A DNA stretch of 64,000 nt, taken from positions 6,943 through 70,942 of the forward strand of contig JAZOTB010000025.1 of the NCBI GenBank assembly GCA_045657405.1, written 5' to 3'. Source of the stretch: Candidatus Enterousia sp. GTDB lineage: Bacteria > Pseudomonadota > Alphaproteobacteria > Rs-D84. Under the pieces are notes generated by a model. That model was not told where the DNA came from and made no database searches. It worked only from the letters and a program-made list of their open reading frames with translations. The translations under genes were made by a program, and so were the position numbers. Shown here piece after piece: positions 46,000 through 55,669 of this stretch; within the stretch, counting starts at the first letter, position 1, and every line of letters begins with the position of its first letter.

Positions 46000-47978
46000 T
46001 TTTTTTGTTGTAGTAAGTCTTTGAGTTGTATAACTTTTTCTTTCATTGATTCATCCACCTTTAGCCCCACTACCTCGCCTTTTACAGAATCTTGAATAAT
46101 TCCACCCATACACATTTTTGTAAAATCCGTCATTACGACTTTACCACAATAACATGTACCATCACGAAATTCACCTCTTGCATTATCACACCTCCTACGC
46201 GTTGCTATATAGTTCAAAGCACGATCTATTTGATCTTCTTCTTCCACAAATTTTTCACCATTCCAACAATAGCCATCTGTTGTAATCTTACAAACCTTAT
46301 TATCACATGTTGCAGAGTCATTTTCACATACCCAATCAACTTTCACATCTGATGACCAGTCATTAATTTTTGTACAAGCATCTGAACTAAAAACTTTTAT
46401 ATATTTTGAACAATTATTTCTAAATGCATAATCACCATAATCAATTACACCATCGGTTGAAATACTACGCAGTAAATCATCATACGCAACACAAATTTTA
46501 CTTGTTGGTAATTTCTTTTGTGCAACCGCATTGCGTAAACGTTCATAACCACGTGGTGTTAATGCGCAATATTTTGTCTTCTCATAACCATACTCATCCC
46601 CGCCACCGGTATAACGATTTGTACCAGCGTATTCTGGTGCATCTTGCAAGATAATGCGTTCCAACGTATCTAAATCAACTGTTCTGTTTTTATTGCTTTT
46701 TCTGCGCCCTATGACAGATATAGATTCCAATGCCGATGTTGCACAACCAACACGAATAAATCTATCACCTTCTACTTCGCTTATCCAATGTCTTTCAACA
46801 GTATCATCTTCGTTTTCATCTGTAACAAAATCAAGGAATGTACAACGTATATCATCCTGTGGTGGTATAATTTGTGTTGGGCGACATTCTTGATTACCAC
46901 GACTGTATGTACCATTTGTTACAGATTTACCATGAACACAATCAGCTCCATATTGCACCGGTTTATGCGCTTCTGTACCATCATCACCATAACACATATA
47001 TTTCGCCCATTTGTTACATGTACCATTTAACATCATTATAACATCAGAAACATCAACACCAACCGCCAATGCTGTATCCAGTGCGTCATACATTTCATCT
47101 GCAATTGCATCATATGGTTCAAAAAAATCTAATGCTTTTTCTTTGAAAATCTTGACACGTTTTGGACCTGTGCAATTATTGCCACGCGCATCGCAGCCGG
47201 CATATTGGAATACTTTATCCATTGTTGCCTTTAATGTTTTTAACTGAACTTCTGCATTTTCAATAGCAGATAAAATTTGACCAGAAACCTGTTGACGAAC
47301 CAGCACATCTTCGGATACACCAGAATCAATCGCAACCTGTTGCGCGACTGTAACACCTGGTGCTGTTTCTGCTTCTAACTTTGCTTGTTGTGCAGCGGCA
47401 GCCTGGGCTTGAGCCTGGGCAACCAATTCTTTTTGTTCATCCAGAGCTGCCTGCATAGATGCCATTTGTTGGGCATTTTGTGCCTGCATCTGCGCCTGCA
47501 TTTCTTGCATCTGCAATTGCATCTGTTGAATTTGTTGTGAATTTTGTGTTGCTGCTGCCTGAGCTGCTGCCTGTTGCGCCGCTAATTGTTTTTCCTGTAA
47601 TTTCGCATTAGCATTTGAAACAAGTTGCGCCGCCATAAATTGTACTAAATCATCACCATATTTTTTGCAATCTTTGTTTGAATTTACACAACCTTCTACA
47701 ATTGGCTTTGCAATTTCCAATGATGTACACGCAGCACACTTTGGCTGAGCACAACGCATAATCAGTGAATTACAATTTCCAAAATCTGCAGTTGGTGCCG
47801 CACCCCCACTGGCCAATGTGCGGTTGTTCATTAACGTATTCCAGTTGTTATTATTTGTTGCACCACTATTACCATTCCATGCGGTTAAATTACTGCCTGC
47901 AGTGGTTGCAACATTTGCCCCAGAAACACATGGGACAAAAAACAAAGCCAACAATAAAAATCGCTTAAATAATTTCAT
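45996..47978 (-). CDS. Secreted Cys-rich protein (about 660 aa) with Q/A-rich coiled-coil low-complexity region
   Basis: Probable start MKLFKRFLLLALFFVPCVSGA (47978; AAGAGAG upstream; the ORF track extends to 48005). About 30 Cys. QAAAQAAATQNSQQIQQMQLQMQEMQAQMQAQNAQQMASMQAALDEQKELVAQAQAQAAAAQQAKLEAE segment. No known domain. Confidence 0.55.
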   Translation of the reverse strand: MKLFKRFLLLALFFVPCVSGANVATTAGSNLTAWNGNSGATNNNNWNTLMNNRTLASGGAAPTADFGNCNSLIMRCAQPKCAACTSLEIAKPIVEGCVNSNKDCKKYGDDLVQFMAAQLVSNANAKLQEKQLAAQQAAAQAAATQNSQQIQQMQLQMQEMQAQMQAQNAQQMASMQAALDEQKELVAQAQAQAAAAQQAKLEAETAPGVTVAQQVAIDSGVSEDVLVRQQVSGQILSAIENAEVQLKTLKATMDKVFQYAGCDARGNNCTGPKRVKIFKEKALDFFEPYDAIADEMYDALDTALAVGVDVSDVIMMLNGTCNKWAKYMCYGDDGTEAHKPVQYGADCVHGKSVTNGTYSRGNQECRPTQIIPPQDDIRCTFLDFVTDENEDDTVERHWISEVEGDRFIRVGCATSALESISVIGRRKSNKNRTVDLDTLERIILQDAPEYAGTNRYTGGGDEYGYEKTKYCALTPRGYERLRNAVAQKKLPTSKICVAYDDLLRSISTDGVIDYGDYAFRNNCSKYIKVFSSDACTKINDWSSDVKVDWVCENDSATCDNKVCKITTDGYCWNGEKFVEEEDQIDRALNYIATRRRCDNARGEFRDGTCYCGKVVMTDFTKMCMGGIIQDSVKGEVVGLKVDESMKEKVIQLKDLLQQKK

Positions 47979-48063
47979 ATTCTCTCTTAGGTAAAATTTT
48001 ACCATATTTTAACTCCATATAAAAGCAAAAAATAATAATAATTAGCAGACAAAGAAAATAAAG

Positions 48064-48140
48064 ATAATGATTTAGATAAAAAGGAATTGGGAATCGTAGT
48101 GTACAAACGCTACATGAATTGCCGGTATCGTTTTTAGATG
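48064..48140. repeat. Hairpin repeat element copy A (AATGATTTAGAT leader, GTAGTGTACA..CTACAT core, TTTTTAGAT trailer)
   Basis: ataatgatttagataaaaaggaattgggaatcgtagtgtacaaacgctacatgaattgccggtatcgtttttagatgaattat. Confidence 0.6.
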
Positions 48141-48172
48141 AATTATCATCCGATGATTTAGAAATAAATTAG

Positions 48173-48262
48173 AATGATTTAGATGCGGAACGGTCCCGAT
48201 GGTGTAGTGTACAGAAGTTACATGAGCCATCGGGACCGTCCACAGATAAATTATTATAATTT
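48173..48262. repeat. Hairpin repeat element copy B (12-bp perfect stem CGGTCCCGATGG/CCATCGGGACCG around the conserved core)
   Basis: aatgatttagatgcggaacggtcccgatggtgtagtgtacagaagttacatgagccatcgggaccgtccacagataaattattataatttatttataag. Confidence 0.6.
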
Positions 48263-48264
48263 AT

Positions 48265-50526
48265 TTATAAGATGTGACGCTTGTTATTGGCGTCTGGCGC
48301 AGACACAATCCCATCTGCCTCCATACGCTCCATAAAGCCTGCAGCCTTGTTATAACCAATTTGTAATCTGCGTTGAATATATGAAATCGTAGGTTTTTTG
48401 TCACGAATTACACACTCTTTAGCACGCGCATACAGGTCTCCATCTTTGTCCCCTGATCCACCACCAAACCCACCAGATATATCACCACCGCCTGCACTGT
48501 CTGCAGAATCTGTAACCCCTTCGGCATATTCTGGTTCGCCTTGGGAACGCAGGAAATCGCCAATACGTTTTAGTTCTTTGTCATCAATAAATGCGCCATG
48601 GATACGCACTGGGACACGCCCTGCTTCACTGAACAACATATCACCCATCGCCAACAATTGTTCTGCACCACCTTCGCCAAGACATGTTACACTATCAATA
48701 CGGCTGCGTGCCTGGAACGAAATACGCGTTGGGAAATTCGCCTTGATAACACCAGTAATTGTTGTTGCATCTGGGCGCTGGGTCGCCATAACAAGGTGAA
48801 TACCAGCAGCACGCGCCTTTTGTGCAATACGTTGAACACACGCTTCTACATCTTTACGTGCAAGACTCATTAAGTCTGCCACCTCGTCAATAATAATTAC
48901 CATATATGGCATATCTGACAAGTCTATTTCTTGTGTTTCAAATAACAGTTCACCTGTTACTTCGTCTGTACCAACTGCAACTTGTTTTGTAAGCTTTTCA
49001 CCACTGGCACGTTTTTGTGCTGCAATTTCATTATAACTTTCAATATTACGCGCATTTAATATTTGCAACTGTTTATATCTTTCTTCCATTTCACGCACAG
49101 CCCATTTCAGCGCATTAACCGCTGGTTCTGGTTCCAACTTTACAATCGGTGTTATTAAGTGAGGAATATCATCCCAAAAACCAAAGTCAACACCCTTTGG
49201 GTCAATAATAATCAACTTACATTTATCCGGTGTAAAGTGATAAACAATTGATGTAATAATAGATTGAACAAATACAGACTTACCAGATCCAGTACGCCCA
49301 GCCACCAACATATGAGGCATTTTTGCCAAGTCATAATACATTGGATTTCCACCAATATCAACACCAAGCGCCAATGGTATTTTATACTTGGATGCAACAA
49401 ATAATTCATCTTCCATTAAACCACGATAACGCACCGTCTGACGTGTCAAATTCACCATTTCAACACCAATTAATTGCGTCTTTGGAATATGTGCAATACG
49501 AATACTTTCCGTTGCCATCGCACGTGTCATATCAGTTACAGTTTTATTAACATCTGCCATACGCGTACCTTCGTCGGGCATAAATTCATACAGCGTTACA
49601 ATCGGACCCGGTTTAATTCCAACAACTTTGCCACGAACACCATATTGTGCAAATTTAACCTCCATACTACGGGCATTTTGCTTTAATTCTGGGGTTACAG
49701 AATATTTACTGAAATTAGATTTTTCCAACAACTTGGCATCAGGTAACTCATACGCATTTGCACTACGCACATTAGATGCAACAGATGCCACAATAGTCTT
49801 TTTTTCCGTCTTGACACTTTGTTTCTTTATTGCACTACGTTTTGTTTTCTTAGGTTTTTCTTCTTCTGATTCTTTGTTTGTATCTTTCAAATCTTTTTTT
49901 GCTGCATTTGCATATTTAACCAATCCAAACGCAGATGCCAACCATTTCAACCAACGCACAACAACAGAAATTCCCCATTTAACGTGTTCCCACTTGACAT
50001 GCAACAACATCCCTGCCATTACAAAAAAACCAAGAACACACAAAACACCTGCTATCACAGAACCAATATTACCAACTAATAAAACAATATCACCAGATGC
50101 AATCGCACCAAACATTCCACCATAAACCCCACCTGGAATTATCGCACCAAATCCAATCGCACCCAGACACAGCGCAATAAACGTACGTAATACATTATAT
50201 TCAGGAAAACTATCTTCCAGTTCTAATCCCAATGCCTTAATCGCACCCCACCGCATCAAACATAAAAACAAAAACAATCCAGGGATAACACCAAACGCAT
50301 AGCGAACCATACCAATAAAATATCCCATGACAGATTGTGCGCCAAAATTACTAGCAACGTTAAAACCATCTAAATAAGGATTATACAGCAACATCGCAAA
50401 CACAGCCCACAAAAATACAACAAACACAAAGGCCCCAAATACACGTTGCGCCAAATTCTTTAATGCCCCAGACAAACGTTCTGGTAAAAATCTAGATTTC
50501 TTTTTCCCTGTCATAGCGATAGTCAT
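48265..50526 (-). CDS. ftsK: DNA translocase FtsK
   Basis: 753 aa. N-terminal TM domain, linker, motor domain with Walker A GRTGSGKS; C-terminal gamma domain (...IQRRLQIGYNKAAGFMERMEADGIVS). Confidence 0.9.
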   Translation of the reverse strand: MTIAMTGKKKSRFLPERLSGALKNLAQRVFGAFVFVVFLWAVFAMLLYNPYLDGFNVASNFGAQSVMGYFIGMVRYAFGVIPGLFLFLCLMRWGAIKALGLELEDSFPEYNVLRTFIALCLGAIGFGAIIPGGVYGGMFGAIASGDIVLLVGNIGSVIAGVLCVLGFFVMAGMLLHVKWEHVKWGISVVVRWLKWLASAFGLVKYANAAKKDLKDTNKESEEEKPKKTKRSAIKKQSVKTEKKTIVASVASNVRSANAYELPDAKLLEKSNFSKYSVTPELKQNARSMEVKFAQYGVRGKVVGIKPGPIVTLYEFMPDEGTRMADVNKTVTDMTRAMATESIRIAHIPKTQLIGVEMVNLTRQTVRYRGLMEDELFVASKYKIPLALGVDIGGNPMYYDLAKMPHMLVAGRTGSGKSVFVQSIITSIVYHFTPDKCKLIIIDPKGVDFGFWDDIPHLITPIVKLEPEPAVNALKWAVREMEERYKQLQILNARNIESYNEIAAQKRASGEKLTKQVAVGTDEVTGELLFETQEIDLSDMPYMVIIIDEVADLMSLARKDVEACVQRIAQKARAAGIHLVMATQRPDATTITGVIKANFPTRISFQARSRIDSVTCLGEGGAEQLLAMGDMLFSEAGRVPVRIHGAFIDDKELKRIGDFLRSQGEPEYAEGVTDSADSAGGGDISGGFGGGSGDKDGDLYARAKECVIRDKKPTISYIQRRLQIGYNKAAGFMERMEADGIVSAPDANNKRHIL

Positions 50527-50570
50527 TTTATCATAAAAATAACAAAAAAAACAGACGATTTTTACATCGC

Positions 50571-51266
50571 CTATTTTTTATTACTCAGATTTTTTAGCAT
50601 ATACCACTTTACAATATCTGCAACCACCATACCTATAAACGCCCCCAAAATTACATCTGATGGCCAATGCGCACCAACTGCAATACGTGAAAAACCAATC
50701 AATATAGCCAACGACCATGTAACACATTTATATTTTGGTATCAACATACCAATCATAACCAAGCCCGCAAAACTAATAGCAGTATGACCAGATGGCATAG
50801 AATTAAAAGCCCAATCTAATGATGGCGGATAAAAACCTGTCATATCTAATGCTTCAAAAAATATCGGTCTGGCACGCCCAATAAACACCTTCAAAAACTT
50901 AACAATAACACCCGTCAATAGAACACTATAAAATATTAAAAAAGCATGACTGGATTTTGTTTTCAAAAAAATATTTTTTACGCCCTCAATTAAATTAAAG
51001 TTATTCTTTTTATCCTTAAAATAAATTTCTGATTTTAGATATTTTTTTACACACAACATAATGACTGCAACAAACGATATCAACAACCAAACTTTGCCGC
51101 TGAACACAATACCAAACAACTTAAATAAACCACATTCAAAATTACGCAACAAAACAAACAAAGGTTTATCAAACCATAAAATCCCTAACAAGACAATAAG
51201 CGCAACACAAATTGCAGCCACACACATTTTCTTCCATTGAATTTTATTATCCTTAGTCAAAAACAT
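50571..51266 (-). CDS. PAP2-family membrane phosphatase (lipid phosphate / undecaprenyl-diphosphate phosphatase-like)
   Basis: 231 aa. PSGHTAISFAG and SRIAVGAHWPSDV motifs (PAP2 motifs II and III). Confidence 0.8.
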   Translation of the reverse strand: MFLTKDNKIQWKKMCVAAICVALIVLLGILWFDKPLFVLLRNFECGLFKLFGIVFSGKVWLLISFVAVIMLCVKKYLKSEIYFKDKKNNFNLIEGVKNIFLKTKSSHAFLIFYSVLLTGVIVKFLKVFIGRARPIFFEALDMTGFYPPSLDWAFNSMPSGHTAISFAGLVMIGMLIPKYKCVTWSLAILIGFSRIAVGAHWPSDVILGAFIGMVVADIVKWYMLKNLSNKK

Positions 51267-51287
51267 TTCACACCCCCGACAGACAAA

Positions 51288-52796
51288 CTATTGCTTTATC
51301 AAATTATTATAAACCTTTGAATCTGTTAGAATTTTCACACCAACAGCCATTGACAGTGCATCTTCATCTGCACCGCTTGCAATTGTTGGACATCCCTGAC
51401 GAACACTGTTTATATCAATATTCTTTTCTTTGTTAAAATCACGTGCATTAAAGTCACCATTTATAACATTCAAAAAGAAAGCATTTTGTTGTTGATTTGA
51501 ACGAATATTTGATAAACATACAATTGGAAATACAGCACGCCCATCAATAATATTACCCTGTCCTGTTTTAATTGATTTGTTTAATAACTCTAGTGCGCCA
51601 CCATTATCTAAATCAATAACAGTTGCAATTCTTGCATTACCCGACGTTGGGGTACCAACCAAAACACCACGCTCGTTTTCATAAAATGTCGCGGCCAACG
51701 CCTCTGCTGTACCACGTGTCTGATCAGACATTAAAACAACAACAGGCACATCAGTAATTGCATCCCCTCCTGGTACAACCTCTACTTCATCCATTGCTGT
51801 TTCCACAATACGCATAACTGGTTTTTTACCAACAAATAACCCCGCTAACTTTGCAACAGCTTTTTCGTCATCACCACTGGACGCACGTAAATCCAACAAA
51901 ATCCCAGCAGTTTCAGAATATGTATTCAGAGCATTTTTTACAATATCCACAGCCCCATCCGAGATTTTATGTATAACAATTTCTAACAATCCACCATCTT
52001 TCAAATCAGAACGATAAATAATATCTGCATCTGCCGCCACAACTGTTGCACGACGCAAAACAACATCTTTACTGCCACGTGGGGACAATATTTTTATTTT
52101 TGATGTACCAGAATTAAAACCACTAATAACAGAAGCCAATTCTGCATTTGACATATTTTTAACTAATTTACCATTAATTTGAACAATTAAATCGCCTGCA
52201 CTAATCCCAGCAGTATCCGCAGGCGCACCCTTGAACACACCATCAACACGAAAGTTGCCACGTTCATCACGTGCACCTTCTAAACCAATACTGGTTAACA
52301 ATCTGCCATCTTCAGCAATTTGTGCAGCCTTGGAAAAAATATATCTGCCATTTTCATCCAAACCACGCATAACACTGTCCACAACATACTGGTATATTTC
52401 ATTTTCAGACAAAGAACCTATGAAATTATCATTTTCTCTAAACTTTAGAACCAAAGCAGTCGTTATTTCCCCAAAACCATCCCAATCATTTTTTTCTGGC
52501 CGTGGGAAATTTGCAACAATTGTATCCTTCCAGACCAAAACAACACGTTCATCAGTCACCGCAACATGTGCATCTTGATGTAAGTTTTCCAGACTTTCAA
52601 TTGCTATATTCAAACTTTTCCCGCCCCATTTTACCCCATTTAATTTTTCATAAACATCGGCAAAATTTTTAGACATTTCAAAAACAGGCAATCCATCTTG
52701 GATTGGTTCGTCATCATAAAACAATGTACTTGCAAAAGACGGCACCAAAACCAAAACGGACAATAATATTCCATAAACTAAATTTATTATTTTCAT
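51288..52796 (-). CDS. Carboxy-terminal processing protease, S41 family (PDZ domain)
   Basis: 502 aa. Signal peptide, PDZ region (ISAGDLIVQINGK), S41 core. Confidence 0.65.
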   Translation of the reverse strand: MKIINLVYGILLSVLVLVPSFASTLFYDDEPIQDGLPVFEMSKNFADVYEKLNGVKWGGKSLNIAIESLENLHQDAHVAVTDERVVLVWKDTIVANFPRPEKNDWDGFGEITTALVLKFRENDNFIGSLSENEIYQYVVDSVMRGLDENGRYIFSKAAQIAEDGRLLTSIGLEGARDERGNFRVDGVFKGAPADTAGISAGDLIVQINGKLVKNMSNAELASVISGFNSGTSKIKILSPRGSKDVVLRRATVVAADADIIYRSDLKDGGLLEIVIHKISDGAVDIVKNALNTYSETAGILLDLRASSGDDEKAVAKLAGLFVGKKPVMRIVETAMDEVEVVPGGDAITDVPVVVLMSDQTRGTAEALAATFYENERGVLVGTPTSGNARIATVIDLDNGGALELLNKSIKTGQGNIIDGRAVFPIVCLSNIRSNQQQNAFFLNVINGDFNARDFNKEKNIDINSVRQGCPTIASGADEDALSMAVGVKILTDSKVYNNLIKQ

Positions 52797-52830
52797 ACTT
52801 CATCCCCCCTGTATTTTGGTGCCACAAATC

Positions 52831-53709
52831 TTACTTGTCTGTATCACGTAAATTAAAGTTATACAGAATCATATTAGATATAAAGATACTTGTAAATGTT
52901 CCCATAATGACCGAGAAACCCATTGCCAATGCAAATTCACGCAACATCACACCACCGAACAAATACAAACCAATCATTGCCAACATTGTTGATACACTAG
53001 TCAACATTGTACGTCTGAACATTTCAGAAACAGACAAATCAATCAAATCTGCCATTGGCATTTTGTGATATTTTTTTACATTTTCATCAATACGGTCATA
53101 GTTTACAACCTTGTCATTAATAGAATAACCGATACCAGTCAGAATAATTGCAATCGCCGTCTGGTTAAATTCCAAACCCGTCACAGAATAGAAACCAAAC
53201 ATCAACACAAAATCCAAAAACAACGAACAAAATGCACCAACTGCATATCCACCCTTATAACGAATCCACACATAAACAGCCATCATAATAAATGCAAACA
53301 ATATTGCTAATATTCCGCCTTGAATCAATTCGCCACCTATTTTTGGCCCAACAATTTGAACCTGTGAATATTCAACATTATCACCCAAAATATTTTTTAT
53401 TTCAGAAACACGTTCATTTTGCTGTGCATCAGTTGAACCTTTTGGCAAACCCAAACGAATTAATATTGCATTACCATCAATCTGCTGTAATTCCGGATTA
53501 AATTCAGACAATGCAGCACGCATCTTATCAATAGTATATGATTGTTCCACTGGTGTAACTTCCATTGAAATACCACCAGAAAAATCAATACCATAATTCA
53601 ATCCACGAAATAACAGCGAAAACACTGACAATAAAACCAACGCACCAGAAACAATGTACGCAATCTTACGATATTTCATTATATGTAGTTTCATATTAAT
53701 CACCCCCAC
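52831..53709 (-). CDS. secF: Protein translocase subunit SecF
   Basis: 292 aa. Follows secD. ...GIDFSGGISMEV... Confidence 0.85.
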   Translation of the reverse strand: MGVINMKLHIMKYRKIAYIVSGALVLLSVFSLLFRGLNYGIDFSGGISMEVTPVEQSYTIDKMRAALSEFNPELQQIDGNAILIRLGLPKGSTDAQQNERVSEIKNILGDNVEYSQVQIVGPKIGGELIQGGILAILFAFIMMAVYVWIRYKGGYAVGAFCSLFLDFVLMFGFYSVTGLEFNQTAIAIILTGIGYSINDKVVNYDRIDENVKKYHKMPMADLIDLSVSEMFRRTMLTSVSTMLAMIGLYLFGGVMLREFALAMGFSVIMGTFTSIFISNMILYNFNLRDTDK

Positions 53710-53712
53710 ATC

Positions 53713-55272
53713 TTATTTTGCAAAACCAATTTTTTTATTCTTGCCGTTCATATACCAGTCAATCAAGACTTTGGATAGCCATACGCAAGTAAACAACGTT
53801 GTCAAAATTCCAATTGACAATGTAACAGCAAACCCACGAATTGGACCTGCACCAAACTGGAATAAAACCAAACCACAAATCAGTGTAGTCAAGTTTCCGT
53901 CCAAAACCGTCTTCATTGCACGATCAAACCCAAGATTAACCGCGCGTAAACTTGGTGTACCTGCACGTATTTCATCCCTAATACGTTCAAACGGCAATAC
54001 ATTTGCATCCACTGCCATACCCAACGTCAGAACAATACCTGCAATACCTGGCAATGTTAATGTCGCACCGAACAATGCTGTAAGACCAACAATCATACCC
54101 AAGTTTACCATCAATGCAATACCTGCAATAACACCAAATCCACGATATACAAAGAACAAGAATAAAAAGATAAATAATACACCTGCGATTGCACCAACCT
54201 TGCCAGCAGCAATTGTATCAGCACCTAATCCTGCACCAACGACACGTTCTTCTATTACCTGCAAAGGCGCTGGCAACGCACCAGAACGCAACAACACAGC
54301 CAAATCTTTTGCACCCTGTAGTGTAAAGCCACCAGAAATCTGACCACGACCACCAGGAATTGGTTCACGAATAACAGGCGCAGACAAAACCTTGCCATCC
54401 AAAACAATTGCAAATCTTTCGTTTACATGTTCTGTTGTTAACTTTGCAAATCTACGCGCACCCGACGCATCAAAAACAGTTGATACAACTGGCATATTAT
54501 TCTGATCAAATTCAGCCTGAGAATCTTTTAATGATTCACCAGAAACCTCTACCCTAGAATACACTGCAATTGGCACCCCCCCCATATCCATATAAGGTAA
54601 AAATTCTGTACCATTTGGCGCACGACCAGACGCAATTTGTTCACTTGTTACACTTTCATTAACCAAATGAAAAGTCATTTTTGCAGTTTGACCAATCAAA
54701 TTTTTAATATGTTCTGGATTATCTACACCTGGCAACTGAACCAAAATATATTTTCCACCTTGAGTTTGGATTGACGGTTCTTTGGTACCCAGCGCATCAA
54801 TACGACGACGAACAATTTCAACACTGCGCGCCAACGCATCTTTTATCATTTCTTGTTTTTGCACTTCTGAATAAGACAAAGATATCACCTTGCCATCAGA
54901 TTTCATATTAACCGTATTTCCAAACGCAGCCTTTAATCTGCCTTTAGCATCAGAAACCTGATTTTCTTCACGAACAACAAAAGACACAACACCATCATGA
55001 CTGCGCAAATTAGAAAAACGAATAACACCTTTTTTTCTATCAATCAAATTACTACGAACTTCTTCGTACAACTGTTGTGTTTTTTCTGCGAACATCGTGT
55101 TTGTATCAACCTCTAACAACAACTGCGCACCGCCCTTCAAATCCAACCCCAACGATACAGGCTCAATCCAAGATGGAAAATAAGGCGCCATTTTTGGCGA
55201 CAACGTTGGCACAGCCAACAAAACACAAAATACAGCAACAAAAATTATCGCCAATTTCTTAAACATATCCAA
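53713..55272 (-). CDS. secD: Protein translocase subunit SecD
   Basis: 519 aa. ...LGLDLKGGAQLLLEVD... and C-terminal 6-TM domain. Confidence 0.9.
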   Translation of the reverse strand: MDMFKKLAIIFVAVFCVLLAVPTLSPKMAPYFPSWIEPVSLGLDLKGGAQLLLEVDTNTMFAEKTQQLYEEVRSNLIDRKKGVIRFSNLRSHDGVVSFVVREENQVSDAKGRLKAAFGNTVNMKSDGKVISLSYSEVQKQEMIKDALARSVEIVRRRIDALGTKEPSIQTQGGKYILVQLPGVDNPEHIKNLIGQTAKMTFHLVNESVTSEQIASGRAPNGTEFLPYMDMGGVPIAVYSRVEVSGESLKDSQAEFDQNNMPVVSTVFDASGARRFAKLTTEHVNERFAIVLDGKVLSAPVIREPIPGGRGQISGGFTLQGAKDLAVLLRSGALPAPLQVIEERVVGAGLGADTIAAGKVGAIAGVLFIFLFLFFVYRGFGVIAGIALMVNLGMIVGLTALFGATLTLPGIAGIVLTLGMAVDANVLPFERIRDEIRAGTPSLRAVNLGFDRAMKTVLDGNLTTLICGLVLFQFGAGPIRGFAVTLSIGILTTLFTCVWLSKVLIDWYMNGKNKKIGFAK

Positions 55273-55286
55273 ACCCTTTTAATTCT

Positions 55287-55598
55287 TTATTCAACACCCG
55301 CCACAGCATTTTTTGCAACTTCTATTACAACGCCCTTGGCAACTTCTAACTCAATTGTTTTTTCATTAATTTTTTTAATTGTGCCGTAAATACCAGCCGC
55401 CATTACACGATTACCAACCTGTAATGAATCCAACATTTTTTGATATTCCGCCATACGTTTTTTATTTGGACGAACCATTAACAAATAGATTATTCCAAAC
55501 ACAACCACGCAATACAAAAACATACCCCAAAAACCATTTTGTGGCACATTTGCACCGGTTTGCACAACCGTATCAACAACTTCTGCTGTTTGTTCCAT
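55287..55598 (-). CDS. yajC: Preprotein translocase subunit YajC
   Basis: 103 aa. One TM helix then ...LQVGNRVMAAGIYGTIKKINEKTIELEV... Confidence 0.85.
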   Translation of the reverse strand: MEQTAEVVDTVVQTGANVPQNGFWGMFLYCVVVFGIIYLLMVRPNKKRMAEYQKMLDSLQVGNRVMAAGIYGTIKKINEKTIELEVAKGVVIEVAKNAVAGVE

Positions 55599-55669
55599 GT
55601 ATTTCTCCTTGATTTAATACAGGAACATTAGTAAAAAAACCCAGATTTGTAAAGAGAAAATACAAAAAA

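Noticed and set aside
49628-50125. 165-aa plus-strand ORF inside ftsK
   Set aside because: It is antisense to the FtsK linker region.
53654-54343. 229-aa plus-strand ORF (Pro/Asn/Ala-rich)
   Set aside because: It is antisense to the secD/secF junction. It has low-complexity composition.
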